The position numbers and the translations under genes were made by a program. From Geosiphon pyriformis uo1 (Eukaryota > Fungi > Glomeromycota), in the NCBI GenBank assembly GCA_016748015.1, contig JAAOMT010000494.1, positions 364,190 to 428,189 of the forward strand: a stretch of 64,000 nucleotides of DNA. The letters are read 5' to 3'. This document shows positions 13,878-27,200 of the stretch, piece by piece; positions within the stretch are counted from its first letter, which is position 1, and the number at the start of each line of letters is the position of its first letter. Below the pieces are notes generated by a model. It was not told the DNA's origin. It did no database searches and saw only the letters and a program-made list of their open reading frames with translations.

Positions 13878-14978
13878 TGAAATGATATCATTGGTTGTGA
13901 AACCATTGCAGTTACTATTTTTAAAAAAATCTTTTTTAAAATAAATTTGATAAGTAATTTTACAAAGTTATTTTTTGATTATATTATTTATAACTTGTAT
14001 TTAAAAAAAATTTAAATTTAAATTTAAATTTAGGTTAAATGTTAATTAATTTAAAAATTCAAATATATTATTTTTAATATGTTTTTTAATAATACAGTTT
14101 ATAAATACAAAAAATAATTATTGAAAATTTCAACATATTGTTTATTATGTATTATTTTTATTAATATTATAATTTGTTATTTAAGTGTTTTTAATATTAT
14201 AAATTAAAAATAATATTTAAATAAATAATTTGTTTATTTTATTTTATTTAATAAAATGTAATTTAACTATTACCTATTATAATATAGTTTAAAAAAATTT
14301 TAAAATAAGTATAACTTATATTTTTTATATATAAAAATATTTTTTAAACAAAATTAATATAATAATATAAATATATATTAAAAAATATAATTAATACTTG
14401 TTATTAAATTTTAAGAACATTAATATAAGACATAATATTATATTAATATATTGTTTTATGTTAAAAATACAACTTATTTTTCTATTTTTTTGTTATTTTT
14501 TAAAAAAAATAGTAATTAAAATATTTATAAGACTAATTTAACATATTGAATTTTTATTAATTTAATTTATTTAAGTTAAATTATTCTTTAATTATTTTTA
14601 TTATTATATAATATTATTATTTATTAACATATTATGTTTAATTATAATAATACAACCAAAATTAATAAGTAAATTATATATAACTTCTTTTTTAGAATTA
14701 AGTTTTTGAAATAAAACAATATTAAATTATAAATATTTAATATAATAAACATATTATTTATTATTTAACTTTTTTTTATATTTTATTTTTAATTTAAAAT
14801 TTGACAACCAAATATTTTTTCTATAATATATTATTAAATTATATACAAAATTAACAATAATCAAACCAATTTTTTTAATATTTTCAAATATTACAAAAAA
14901 TTTTTATATTATTTTTTAAAAACAAAATTCTTAATTATAATTATATAAAAAACTGATATTTAAAATATTATATTATAT

Positions 14979-15632
14979 TGTTATAATTAAAACTTATATT
15001 TTTTATTAATTATCATATATATTAGTTACTGATATTATATAATTAGTCATTCTATTTTTAAATAATAATTATTGACTTGATTATTAACCTAATCATTGAC
15101 CTAATCATTGACTACTTTTAATAGCTATATAAGTAATAAATCTTTTAGCTGTAGAAAAACATGTAAAAATCAAAGAAATAAAAGAAATAAAATAACAACT
15201 TTATCTTAATTTTTTTCTTTTTGCTAATCTCTCTTAAGTATTTAAACATCTTGAAATAAAAAATTACTTATTAGCATTTACCTACCTTTTCCTAAAAACA
15301 TATAATTGTAATATTTAAAGATTATTAAATAAAATATGACTGAAAAGTATATTTAATACTTGATATTAAATTCTAAGAACACTAACATGAGACATAAAAT
15401 TATACCAGTGTGTGATCAATTGTTAACAGTACAAACTATTTTTTTATCTTCAAATTCTTCAGTTATCTTTTGAAAAGTATAGTGACTAAGATATTTTATG
15501 AGACTAATCTTATACATTAATCTATATTTATTCAATTTGTTCTTTAAAGTTGATTTTTTTTTGATTTTTTTTATTACCCTATAATCCTGTTCTCCTTTGC
15601 TATTCATTAGCTTGTTACTTCAACCCATAACA
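14979..15632 (+). mobile_element. Solo LTR, family C
   Basis: TGTTAT...ATAACA termini with a 4-bp ATAT on both sides. 12-mer repeats (15067-15112) are followed by TATATAAG. Homologous in reverse orientation to 49235-49944. Confidence 0.75.
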
Positions 15633-15659
15633 ATATTTAAAAATTTAACAATTTATAAA

Positions 15660-17170
15660 ATTTTTTGTTTAATTGTCTAATATTAGCTTTTGGCCTTTAA
15701 ATATTTATGATACTAATGGCATTTATGAGATATTACAATGTGTTTTTGATGCTAGTTTAAGTGTTGTTAATGTTTACACAAATGGATTTCTAAGGAACTT
15801 GGGTATGCATAAAATAAGATATAATGCTGCCATGTTTTTCTTGGAACTTAATATGGATATTGGTATTGAAGTTAATAGTTTAGTATCCTCTATAATAACA
15901 AAATTGTAGATTATTGTTCTGGTCTTAAAGTATGTCTCTATTTACTATTCTGTTGTGGTATATTTGGACAGTTAGATTGTTTTAAATGCTTGTACTGCTA
16001 AGTTAGATTTGGTTTTACTGAATTTTTGTAATAATTGCTAGCTGGAAAGACATTGTATTATGAACTTTATCAAAAACAAAAGACTTAATGTTTTCTGGAT
16101 TAAGGTCAAGAATTATTTGGGTGTTTTAGATAATAAGCTGGCTGGTTTGGCTTTATATTTGAATTTAATGCTCACTATTTTTGTCAAAAAAAGATTTATT
16201 AGGACTGATGGGGTGATGATATCTAAGAATATTCATCATTTTATTTATAAGATTTTTAGAACTGTTTACCATGCTTGTTAAAAGATTAAACCTGGATCTG
16301 AAGTTGTTAATATGAGCATAATTGAAAATGTAAATTGGGTTTGAACTTTTTCTGTATGGCATATATGGTTGTAGATTTTACAAGTAAATTTACTACTGGT
16401 TTGTATTTGTATTTTATGAAGACTTTGTATTGTTACTTATTGGTTACTATTTAGAACCAGTTGTATAACAGAGAGTATTCTAGTGTATTATGTCTTTACT
16501 GTAAAGAGATAGAGAGTTTTGAACATTCTTTTGTGTATAAAACAGATGCTACTGTTTACAAAAATCTGCCAAAATCTCATTTGGTTCAGTGGGATTTTAT
16601 CTTGGGTTTGGGCTTATTATTATCTTATATTTCACAAATGCTCTTTATGTGCACTTATAATAATGATATGTATACTGTTTTGTGTAAGAGTTTTGTGTTC
16701 AAAGATTAGTATACAGAAACTGTATTCATTTTTGATGGTGTTAAAGTTGCTAGTGAAAAAATTGTTAATTTTGTGCAGAGCTTAAAAATGGTTTATTAGA
16801 CTAAAATATGAATGGCTAAAGCCAAATACAAAACATTTGTGAAGAAAAGAAGACTAATTATGCATAATAGATTGGTGTTTTTTAAGATTCGTGATTTGTC
16901 AGCTTTGCTTTCTAATAGTATTGTTAGATTGTTTAGAATTGCTAAAACACAGAGTATTAGCTTTAGTTTCCATAAATTTTACTGTTTTTTTTTGGGTATT
17001 TATAATATAATATCTGTTAAAATAGATTCATAATATTGCTTTAATTGGCTTAAATGACTGGTCATATATAAAAAGTACATGATTAGTGTCTAGTTTAGAT
17101 TACTTAATTTAATGTATTGTGTTAAATAGCTTTTAAGTTTTACTTATTAAATAAATAAATAAAAAAATAA
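15660..17170 (+). mobile_element. Degenerate LINE 3' part: RNase H, C-terminal CxxC zinc finger, 3' UTR, A-rich tail
   Basis: VYT(D)G...SS...(E)L...LDS...WIKVK..(H).GV is RNase H-like. LCLYCKEIESFEHSF is a zinc finger. The shared 3' UTR motif lies at 17044-17150, followed by an AATA/poly-A tail. Confidence 0.8.
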
Positions 17171-17379
17171 TATTTATAAAAATAATATTAATTAAAGTTT
17201 TTTATTTATTAATTTATTTTATAATAATAGTTTTTTTACAACAGAATTTAAAATACACAAAAATATATAATTTAAACTTTTTTTAAATTGTATTTAATAC
17301 AATTTATAAAATAAAATATTTTGATTTATAAAAAATTTTTTTATAATAACAAACAAAAAAATGTTGACAATAACTAAGT

Positions 17380-18420
17380 AGATACTTTTATATGTGTTAT
17401 AATACAGTTTTATTTTGCTTTTCTGTTAAAATTTATGAGAAATTTATTTTAGTTGATGGTTTAGTTATGTTAAACAATACTTGTTATTTTGTTTATAATA
17501 TTTATTAAATTATTTATTATGTTTAATAAAAAACAAATCCTGATGTGAAAATTGTGAATAACTTACTTATTTATAATATAAGCTGGACTTATATTATTAT
17601 AATTTGGTATTTAGACTTTTATATGCTTTCTGAATTTATTAACAAAACTTTAACTGCCTTATATACATATTTAATAAAAGCAGTTCATAAAAAATTACCA
17701 GTTACAATCAGAAAGAAACTTTATAAATCGGATTATTTAGGCATTTTGTGCTTATTATATAGTAATATTAAATTATTTAATTATGCTTTTACTTATTTAA
17801 AGAAAGTTTTAATGCATTTTAAAATTTATTTAATTATATTAAACTATAAAAGTCTTTGATAAGAGCCTATTTATTTTTGTTATTATTAGTACTATACACT
17901 TTTTTTTGAGAGCTTTGAATGTTAACATTTATATAATTTTGTATAAAAGTTTTGTTTTAAGAATTAAATTAATAAGATGTTGTTAATTTTTAATAAAAAA
18001 AAAACTATATGAATAATAATAAATTTTATTTATTGTTTGGCTAAAAAGCATTACAATAAGTTATAGATATTTAGATCTAAATATAAAATAAACATAAAAA
18101 AAATAGTCTAATAAGTAATAAAAAAGTGTTGTTTAATATTTTTAATAGTCTGTCTAGTTTTTTATCTATTAAAGTAATTTATTTGCTTGGTATTATTGAG
18201 TTATTTGTTGTTAATTTTGGATTATATAGAACTTGTTTTTTTTTTTAAGTATAAATAATGATATAAAAGTTTATATAAGTATATAATATTGTTTTAATTG
18301 GCCTAAGTGGTTAATTATATATAGTAAACACATAAGTTATATTTATTTAAGATTACTTAGTCTGTTTTTTTATATTAAATAATAGTTAAACTGTATTTAT
18401 TAAATAAATAAATAAATCAA
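17380..18420 (+). mobile_element. Second, more decayed LINE 3' fragment
   Basis: YLIKAVHKKLPVTIRKKLYKSDYLGILCLL matches the same C-terminal region. 3' UTR motif at ~18298-18405, then (AATA)n. Confidence 0.7.
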
Positions 18421-18449
18421 AAATCTAATTATTTTTATTTTTATTATGC

Positions 18450-19736
18450 TGTTATTTATAGAAATTAAGAATTAGAATAATAGATAAAATAATCAATCAG
18501 AAATAAACATAGTAAAATAAAAAATTCCAGAATTCTTCTCAGAGAATTGCAGAGTTCTAAAATTCCAGGATTTTTTTTGAGAAATTGCAGAATTTTTAGG
18601 AATCTTATATAACACAAATTATATATATATAGTAAAAGTATTAAAAGCAAAAAAGTATAAAAAATTTGATAAAGTTCAGAACAACAATACTTCTTTTTTC
18701 AAAAGATAGTTTTTTATAACTTGAAATAAAATTATATCAATATTAATAAAATATCTAATTATTATCCAATTTATATTATTGTTACTTGATTAAAAAATAT
18801 TAATTATTTCTTTATTATCAACATTTTATATTAATAAAATTCAATACTTAATTATACTAAACCAATAGCTTTTAATTATAGCTATTAATAGAATACTAAT
18901 TTTTTATTTTATTTTATTTTCTTTTTTCTTTTATTTTTTTGTTGTTTATTAATTAATTAAAAAAATTAAGTACTAAGTATTTGATATTAAAAATAGCCTA
19001 GTAAAAAACCTAGAAACAAAAGTAAAAATTAAAGAATAGTTTATCAGAAGAGCATAATTGTCAAAATAAATTAGCCACTATACTGAAAAAAAAAATTCAC
19101 AGAAAAAACTATTAATTGAATTTCTGTTTATTATATAGAGGACTTAACCAAAATTTTTAAACTTTAAAATCTTCAGAAATTACCAATATTATCAGCTATT
19201 GAATACCAAGTTATAAGTTTGTTATTTGTTCCAACATCTCAAATAATTACCTGTAATATTTAGTGCTTTTTATAAGATAACAGAAAACCAGTACTAATAT
19301 CAACTATTCAAAAAAATGGCAGACCAAAAAATCATAAGAGAAAATTATTTAAGATTTGCAAAATTTTTATTTCAATATTATCAAATTTATCTTGGACTGA
19401 CAAGTAACTATTGACCAGCAGAATTAGCTTTCAATTTCTATGTCAATAAAAAAATTAAATTCTACTTAAAAAACTAAAAAGATCTAAAAGCTACTCTTAG
19501 AAATTTCTACAATAAATTACTACAAAACATTACACTTTTACCAAATTATTTGTTTGCATTATTAATCACAAAAATAAATAGAAAAATTGAGCATTACACT
19601 CAACAGAGATTTTCTATTATCTTTGTAAACAAAAAAAAATTACAAACTTCAGCAAGAACACTAAGAAAAATATAATCATCTAATTAAAAAAAACCAACTG
19701 TTATTTTACTCATCAATCTATTATATTATTACATAC
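18450..19736 (+). mobile_element. Ty3/Gypsy element 1 (family A): 5' LTR 18450-19258, decayed PBS and start of gag; truncated by element 2
   Basis: The LTR is homologous to 34571-35348 (reverse) and 54791-55661. TTAGTGCTTTTTATAAG is a PBS relic. The gag N-terminus is homologous to elements 2, 4 and 5. Confidence 0.8.
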
Positions 19737-22700
19737 TGTTACTTATAGAATATAGAAATTATAGTAGTATATATATTAACCAATCAGAAGTAGATGTAGT
19801 AAAATATGGAATTTCAGAATTTTTATACAAAGAATTACAGGATTCCAGAATTTCAGAATTCTTCTCAAGGAATTACAAAATTTCAGAAATTCCAATATTT
19901 TTGGTAAAAAAATTAAGAAATTGAGAAATTTTAAATATGTATATATAGCAATAGCATTAGAAACAAAAAAAACAGACTTCTTAGTTTAAACTTTTTTTCC
20001 TATTTATTTACTAATCACTTCAAAGATAGTTTATATTCACTGAAGTGAAATCATCAAAATATCAATAAAATACTTATCTATAATCAATTTATGTTGTTAT
20101 TATTTGATTAAAAAATATTCATCAAACTCTAATTATCAACTTTTTATGTTGATAACTGCCAATACTTAATCACACTAAAACAATAACTCTTAATTACAGC
20201 TATTGATAGAATACTAACTTAATTATCTTGGCTTAATTTCTTCATTTTCTTTTATTTATTTCTTTTCTTTTGTTTGTTTTTTATTGTTTACTAATTAATT
20301 AAGAATCAACATACAAAATTATTGATGTCAAAAAGATTAGTAAAAGATCTATAAAACAAGAGTAGAACACTCACAAAATTAAGTATAGCTTACCAGGAGA
20401 ATTATTGGTCACCACACTAAGAAAAAAATTTGACAAAATTGTGATTTCGGAAAACTACTGAAAACAACTATTAAATCTCTGTTCATTATACAAAAAACTC
20501 AACCAAAACTTTCAGATCACTAAAACTCTTCAGATTACTATAACCTTTAGATATTAGTATTATATCAGCTATTAAATACCAAGTTATGGGTTTGTTATTT
20601 GCTTTAAGACCCCAAATAATCACTTGTAATATTTAGTGCTCCCTATGAGATATAATCTTACAGAAAACCAGCACCAACACACAACCAATTAAAAGTGGCA
20701 GAATTAGAAATAATAAAAACAAATCATTTAGGATTTGCCAAATCCTTATTTCAATGCTATAGCCAAAACTTGAAATTAAATTACAACTATTATCCAGCAA
20801 AATCAGCCTTCAACTTTTATGTCAATAAAAGAATCAAAAATTTTTTAGGAGAACCAGTTAATATTGAAGCAGTAAGAAAAAATTTTTACACAGAATTAAT
20901 TTAACACATTAGCTTATCACAAAATTACAGTTTTGCACCAATCATCTATGAAATCAATTAAGAAATTGAGAGATATACTTAATGACAAATTTTTATTACC
21001 TATACAGATAAAGGCAAAGAAAAACTACAAATATCAACAATAATACTCAAAAAAATACAACCACCCACTTGGAAGAAAACCAGAGTCGAGTTATCAATTA
21101 ATCTATTATATTACTATACACTTGAAAGTACCATCAACATCTTATCAACAGGTGCATTAACATCAAATGTAAAATCATTATTAGCTCAACTTCTATTTCA
21201 AAGTAAACAAAAAAAAGCAGAATTATTGGAAACCTACAGCAATTATTTTGAAAAATTCAAATTGCAATTACCAATGTCATCAGGATTTTAATTACTGCCA
21301 TCTCAACAAAATTTCGGGATTATGAGTTCTTGAGAAGTAATAGAACTGGAAGAAGAAAAAAATGACAATTAGGAATTTAATTATTAAAACTTAATTGTAG
21401 AGAACCCAAAAATTAAAACTCCAAATATTCAAACTCCATAAAATCAGAACAATTCCAATTCTAATACTATTAATCAACACTTACTTCTAGTAATTATAAT
21501 TAATTAATCACCAATTGAACCAATAGCCAAACTATTATAACAGCCAATACAACCACCACAATTATTACAACAGCCACACCAATCTGTAATTGCTCTAATG
21601 GCATATACACCTATCACTAAGTTTAAGAAGTTCACTGGCAAAAAAAATAACACCCAAGTCTGACTAAACAATGTTGCTAAAGCCATTACAGCCAATAATT
21701 GGGATGATACCAAAGTTTTTTAAGTAATTTCCTATTTCTTACAAGATACTACTAACTTATGGTATTAAAGTCTCATTCAGAAATCTTAAACATTCAATGA
21801 ATTCAAAATTGTTTTCTTGAAATATTTCAGTAATAATAACAGTATTAATTGTTTAACAACTGTTTTTACCACTATTAAGCAAGAAGAAACAGAAGCAGTT
21901 ATCACTTACTTAAGACACTTTTACTGCAATCTATGTCAAATTTAAGCCATTAATGCTGACTATTTTATTTCACCACAAATTTTGAATCAATTTATTAGAG
22001 GTCTGTGTAGTAACATCTTTCAACAAGTATGTTTATTACATCCAGCAGATCTTTAAGCTGCAGTCACTCATGTCAGAGATTTTGAAACAACTAAACTCAA
22101 AGCTAATCATGTCCAAACCATCAATCTAGTAATGAACAGATCATCTGACTTGGACTCCAAATTAAAACAATTTAGTGATTTCATCAACCATAAAATTGAA
22201 GGATACTTAGCTAACAATCAAGCAATTTATTAATCTCTACAAAGATGCCATAATCAAGGAAATATGAATTGTCTCCAAAATTAGTCATGTTTATTATCAT
22301 TAACAAATCAGCAGTGGCAGCAAGAGATGTGTGTCTGCCACTACTGTGATAAACAAAAATACTTAAAAATAGATTGCCAATTAAGGTTAGATAACCAACA
22401 ATCAAGAAGCCAATATCAAAACTCTAATCACCAATTTTAGACTCTAAACCATCATCCAAATCAAAATTAATACCAACAATATTACCCACCAACAACACAG
22501 CAATTATATTCACCCCCAATTTATTAGGCACCAGCACCTGTAATCTATCAATCATTACAGTCACAAATAATTTATCAGACTTTACCAATTCAAACACCAC
22601 CATCAAACTCAACTTAATTAGTTACTGAAATCCAAAGGCTGAAAGTCACCCATACTCAACAAAACTGGAGATTAGTAATGGTTATGCATTAACTAATCCC

Positions 22701-23189
22701 CAGTTCCTTAACCCAATCATTAGGATTATGACAACAGAGTTCAAAAACTAAATATATTTAAAATTTGAATTCTCAAAACTATTTAAGTTTCTTGGTTATC
22801 TCAAAGGATGCCATATCCAACAACCTAAAAGCCAATTAAAAGCCATTTATCAATAATATATTTCTAGTAACCATTATTGAAGACAAATCATTAACAGCCA
22901 TTTTTCTTTTCAAATTTAAGGAATCAACAATACCATTTTTTAGTAGAACTATTCTCAACACCAAACTCATTACCACAATGTATACTGAAATTTAAGTTGA
23001 TGGTCAGTTCATTAAACTAATCCTTAACAATGGATCAACAGGCAACATTATCACTTAATGACTTATGGACTAATTAGGTTGCCAAGTTGATTGCACTGTC
23101 AGCACCAAAATTATTACAGCTAATAAAGCCACCAAAACTCCAATTGGTAAAATCAATGACTTCTTTTTTGAAATTAATAGCATTACTAC
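19737..23189 (+). mobile_element. Ty3/Gypsy element 2 (family A): 5' LTR 19737-20631, PBS, gag, protease; truncated by element 3
   Basis: TGTTAC...TGTAATA LTR. PBS relic TAGTGCTCCCTATGAG. Gag with a CHYCxKQxxLKxDC knuckle (~22336) and a protease LIL(D)(S)GS region (~23015). Confidence 0.85.
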
Positions 23190-24220
23190 TGTTATTTGAG
23201 TAGAGAAACCAATTTAAAGTTATGAAGAAATGTGACCAGAATGTGACATAACACAGAATAGTATGCAATAATATTAAATAATACATTATAACTTAGGATA
23301 GTGCAGGATAATGCATTATAACATAGAATAATACAGAATAACATGTAATAACATCAAATAACATGTTATAACATAGGATAACTAGTAATAATGTAAAAGA
23401 ATGAAGCAATAACAGAAATAACAAAGCAATAGTTAGCAATAATAAAACAATTAGAAGCAATTCTATAAAACCAAAAAAATGTATAAAAGCGAGTAGTTGT
23501 AGAAAGTAGAAATAAGAAACAGATAGATACAAACCACTAAACAAGAATTAAATATTCTTACCTCTTCCATTATTTAACCTATTTTATCTTCATCTTCTGA
23601 AATAAATTAATTATTAAGAAATCAGAATCACAAATTTATGTTCTCGAACTTTGTAGAATTTATATGAACTAACTATTGTTTTGTATCTTTGTTTCAGGAC
23701 AGATGCTTTTAGTATAACTACCTCAAACTATTAATGATTTGGACCAATCACTCTTGATCATGGTGATTGACAATACTAATTTATCTTTTCTTTTATTTTT
23801 CTTTTATTTTCTTTTATTTTTTATTTTTCTCTTGTGAAGTAGCAACATAGGAAAATTGACTGTCTAAGAATAGTCTTTGTAATAACCTGGTAAAAAAGAG
23901 AGGCTCCTTTTAAGTTTTGGATATTAACATTATCTTGTTAGCTTACCAAAAGGGTGAAAAAACAATGTTAGACCCTAATGACTGTGTTTGTTAGCTCAGA
24001 AAAAATAGCTTACATTTTTAAAGAAGTTGCAATTAGTGAAAACCAAACCTTTGTGCCTTATAACCAAAGAACTCAATAGATAAATTCACAACCAATAAAT
24101 AAAATTTTCAGAGATTAATAATCAAAACTAAGCCAATAGAATTATGCAAAAAACACATTACCAATAATTGAGAGCACTGAACATTACTATTTTCCTATCC
24201 CACCCAATTTACCCATAACA
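23190..24220 (+). repeat. 5' LTR of element 3
   Basis: Direct repeat of 32294-33324 with TG...CA termini. 10-bp-period repeats precede TGTATAAAAG. Confidence 0.93.
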
Positions 24221-27200
24221 TTTGGTGCTTCCTGTGAGGTTATAAATCCACAGAGACAGAATACTCCGGAAATTCACAAAAGTGGCAACTATTGGAACAG
24301 TAGGAAAGGACCACTCCTCATATAAAAAAGCATTATTTTAATACTTTTAAAAAGACCTAAGAATACCAGCAGAAACTGCTTACACAGAAAGTGATTTTTG
24401 TAACTATATTAATGCAAAAATTGACTGCTTATTAGGCCATGCAACCAACACAGGAAAACTTGGAGAACAAATTTATTAAAGCTTATTAGAGTACTTAACA
24501 GTCATGACTACCCAAGCAATCACTGAAACTCTGTACATAATTGATACAAACATTAAATATTACATGGCAAAATAATTCTTTTAAGTACAACAATCAGTGA
24601 AATCTGACTCTAAGGAATACAAAGACGAATTCAACAACTCTGCAACTACCCAAGCCAAGTTTACAGTCAACAAAAAACCAAGGTTTTTTTTCCTAACAAC
24701 TCTATCATACTATTAGACATCTCAAAGTAGAATTGTATTCAACTCACCTCCAAAAACCCAGTCGGAAACACCACAAACTCCTAGAAATCCACATCCCTGG
24801 GGTCAACACAGTTGGACCAAATCATTAGGAAAATACAGATCATTGTTTGGAAATCTCATCCCAATAATTAATAAAACAGATGGAAATATGTTGACATGGA
24901 AAACACCACCAACTCAACTCTTAACCAAATCATCAATTACTTTCTCTAAAAAAACAGCTATCCTCCAGTCCATTGGGAAAATTAACAAAGGGAAACAACC
25001 AGAATTAGCACTAGAAGAACATCCTAGCATACAAACACCAAACCCCTCAATATTAACCAATAAGACTCCATCTACCCACCAGATTATGGCTTACTAAGAT
25101 ATTGCCAAATTAGAAAAATTCTCTAATAAAGAAGACAATGCATATATATGAATTGCAAAAGCCAAGAAAGCCATTACTACCAACAATTGAAATAATAATA
25201 AGGCCATTTAAGCATTGCCATTCTTTCTGACCAGAACTGCAGACTCATGGTATCAAAGCCTTGCAGAAAAACCAACTGACTTTGCCACCTTTAAACTTGT
25301 CTTTCTGCAATACTTTTATGATCCTAACACTCTCATTTAATTACAAAATCAATTTAATATTATAAAACAAAAAGATCACAAAGCAGTGACCACTTATCAT
25401 GGATGATTCAACTAAATCTTTTGTCAAATCCAGGCCATTGAAAGGGACTACTACATGGTGACACAAATCCTTAATCAATTCATTAAAGGATTAAAAAGCA
25501 GTCTTCTCCAATCTGTAAAACTCTGCCACTTGACAAATCTATAAGAAGCAGTTACTCTCACTTGTGATTTTGAGTCAGCAGAACAAGAGACTAATCATAC
25601 TTAAGCTGTTAACTTGGCTATCAATAGAACATTTGATATTGACACAAAAATAACTCAATTAAATAAGAAATTAACTCAGAAAATTGAGGAATTTTTAGCT
25701 GGTACTATAGAATTCTACCAGCCATTACAATAAAGGGATAGTAATAACAACAGATACCAACAACAACAGAATCATCAGCAACAACAACAATCTTGAAAAT
25801 TTGATCTCTGCAATTATTAGTATTATCAGAAATTTGAACACATTATCTGAGACTGCCATAAAAAAGTAATGGACCAAAATCAAGGAAATCAATATTAGCA
25901 ACCAAAATACTCTCAAAACATAGTATTCTAATACTCTATGCCTCAATATCAACTGTCTTAATACTCACAACAAATTCAGTATACTTAGCAACTGCTTCAG
26001 AACTACTATCAGTCATCACAGCCAATGGCTCAAACAGCACCCCAGTACCAAAATCTCATTAATAACCAATCTAGACATCATGCGATTGATTACAACCAAA
26101 GATAGAGGAATCCCAGCAACAATTAGATGTCAACTAACAGTGTACCATCACAATCCCTAAATTGTAGTAATGCCCCATTTTGACCAGCACCAACCAGATA
26201 CCCTAACCAAGTCTCATATCTTGGTCTTACTGAAAACCAAGATTTTTGTAGCTTTATATCTTTAGAAAAAAAGGATGTAGAAGAGATTCCCAACTCTTTG
26301 AAGTGAAATCAAATCAACAATATTATTCTATCTGCCACTATTACTGAAAATACCACCCTTGCTGCTATTTTTCCCTTTGATATTAACAGTCTGAACACAA
26401 ATAGCCTTTTTAGTGGAGCCATCATAAATCAGGACAAACCAATTATGGCCTTGTATACCAATGCTAAAGTTGGAAACATAGACATTAAATTAATTTTTAA
26501 TAGTAGATTAGCAGGCAGTATAATAATGAAACAACTCATGAATCAATTAGGTCACCAAGTAGATCATGCTGCAACTGCCTGAATAATTATCACAGATAGC
26601 AATACCAAAACCCCAATCAGAGAAATCAATAACTTTTCCTTCAAAATTAATGGAATCCAAATTCCTATGAAAGTCCTGGTTATGAAAGCCACGCAATATC
26701 AAGCTCTTGTCAGAAATGACTGGTTGGCCAAAACCCATGTTACTCTTGACTGAAACACACAGAAATTACAAATCACTTTTAATGGACAACATGTCTGAGT
26801 CTCAGCTATGTGCAGACACTTCAAAGTCCAAAGCTCAGAAGAACTGCTAATTGAATTCAAAGACATTACACTACCACCAACCATTAAAACTTATCAAGTT
26901 TTATGGGTGGACAATTTCTGAACAGAGTTACCCCCACTATTAACTTGGGAAGAAAAGAGAAAGGGAAAAGCAAAAAAAAAACTACAATTGGCACTTGCAA
27001 GCTATTCTGTCCTAAGTCAAAAAAGTCAATGGTATCAAACCCTGAAATTAATTTGTGTCAACTGTGAAAAAAAGTTATTTTTTATGGATGCATGTATCAG
27101 AGACAATGAGGAATGGCCAACTGCCACTAGACATTACTGTAGATTTTGTGTGTTGGAAAAATTTGGCAGACCAAAATAATAAGACAAATAAGACAACACA

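Noticed and set aside
23293-23544. Hydrophobic antisense ORF repeated at 32397-32648, resembling a membrane protein
   Set aside because: It is the antisense reading of A-rich LTR repeats and is duplicated only because the LTR is. It starts at TTG.
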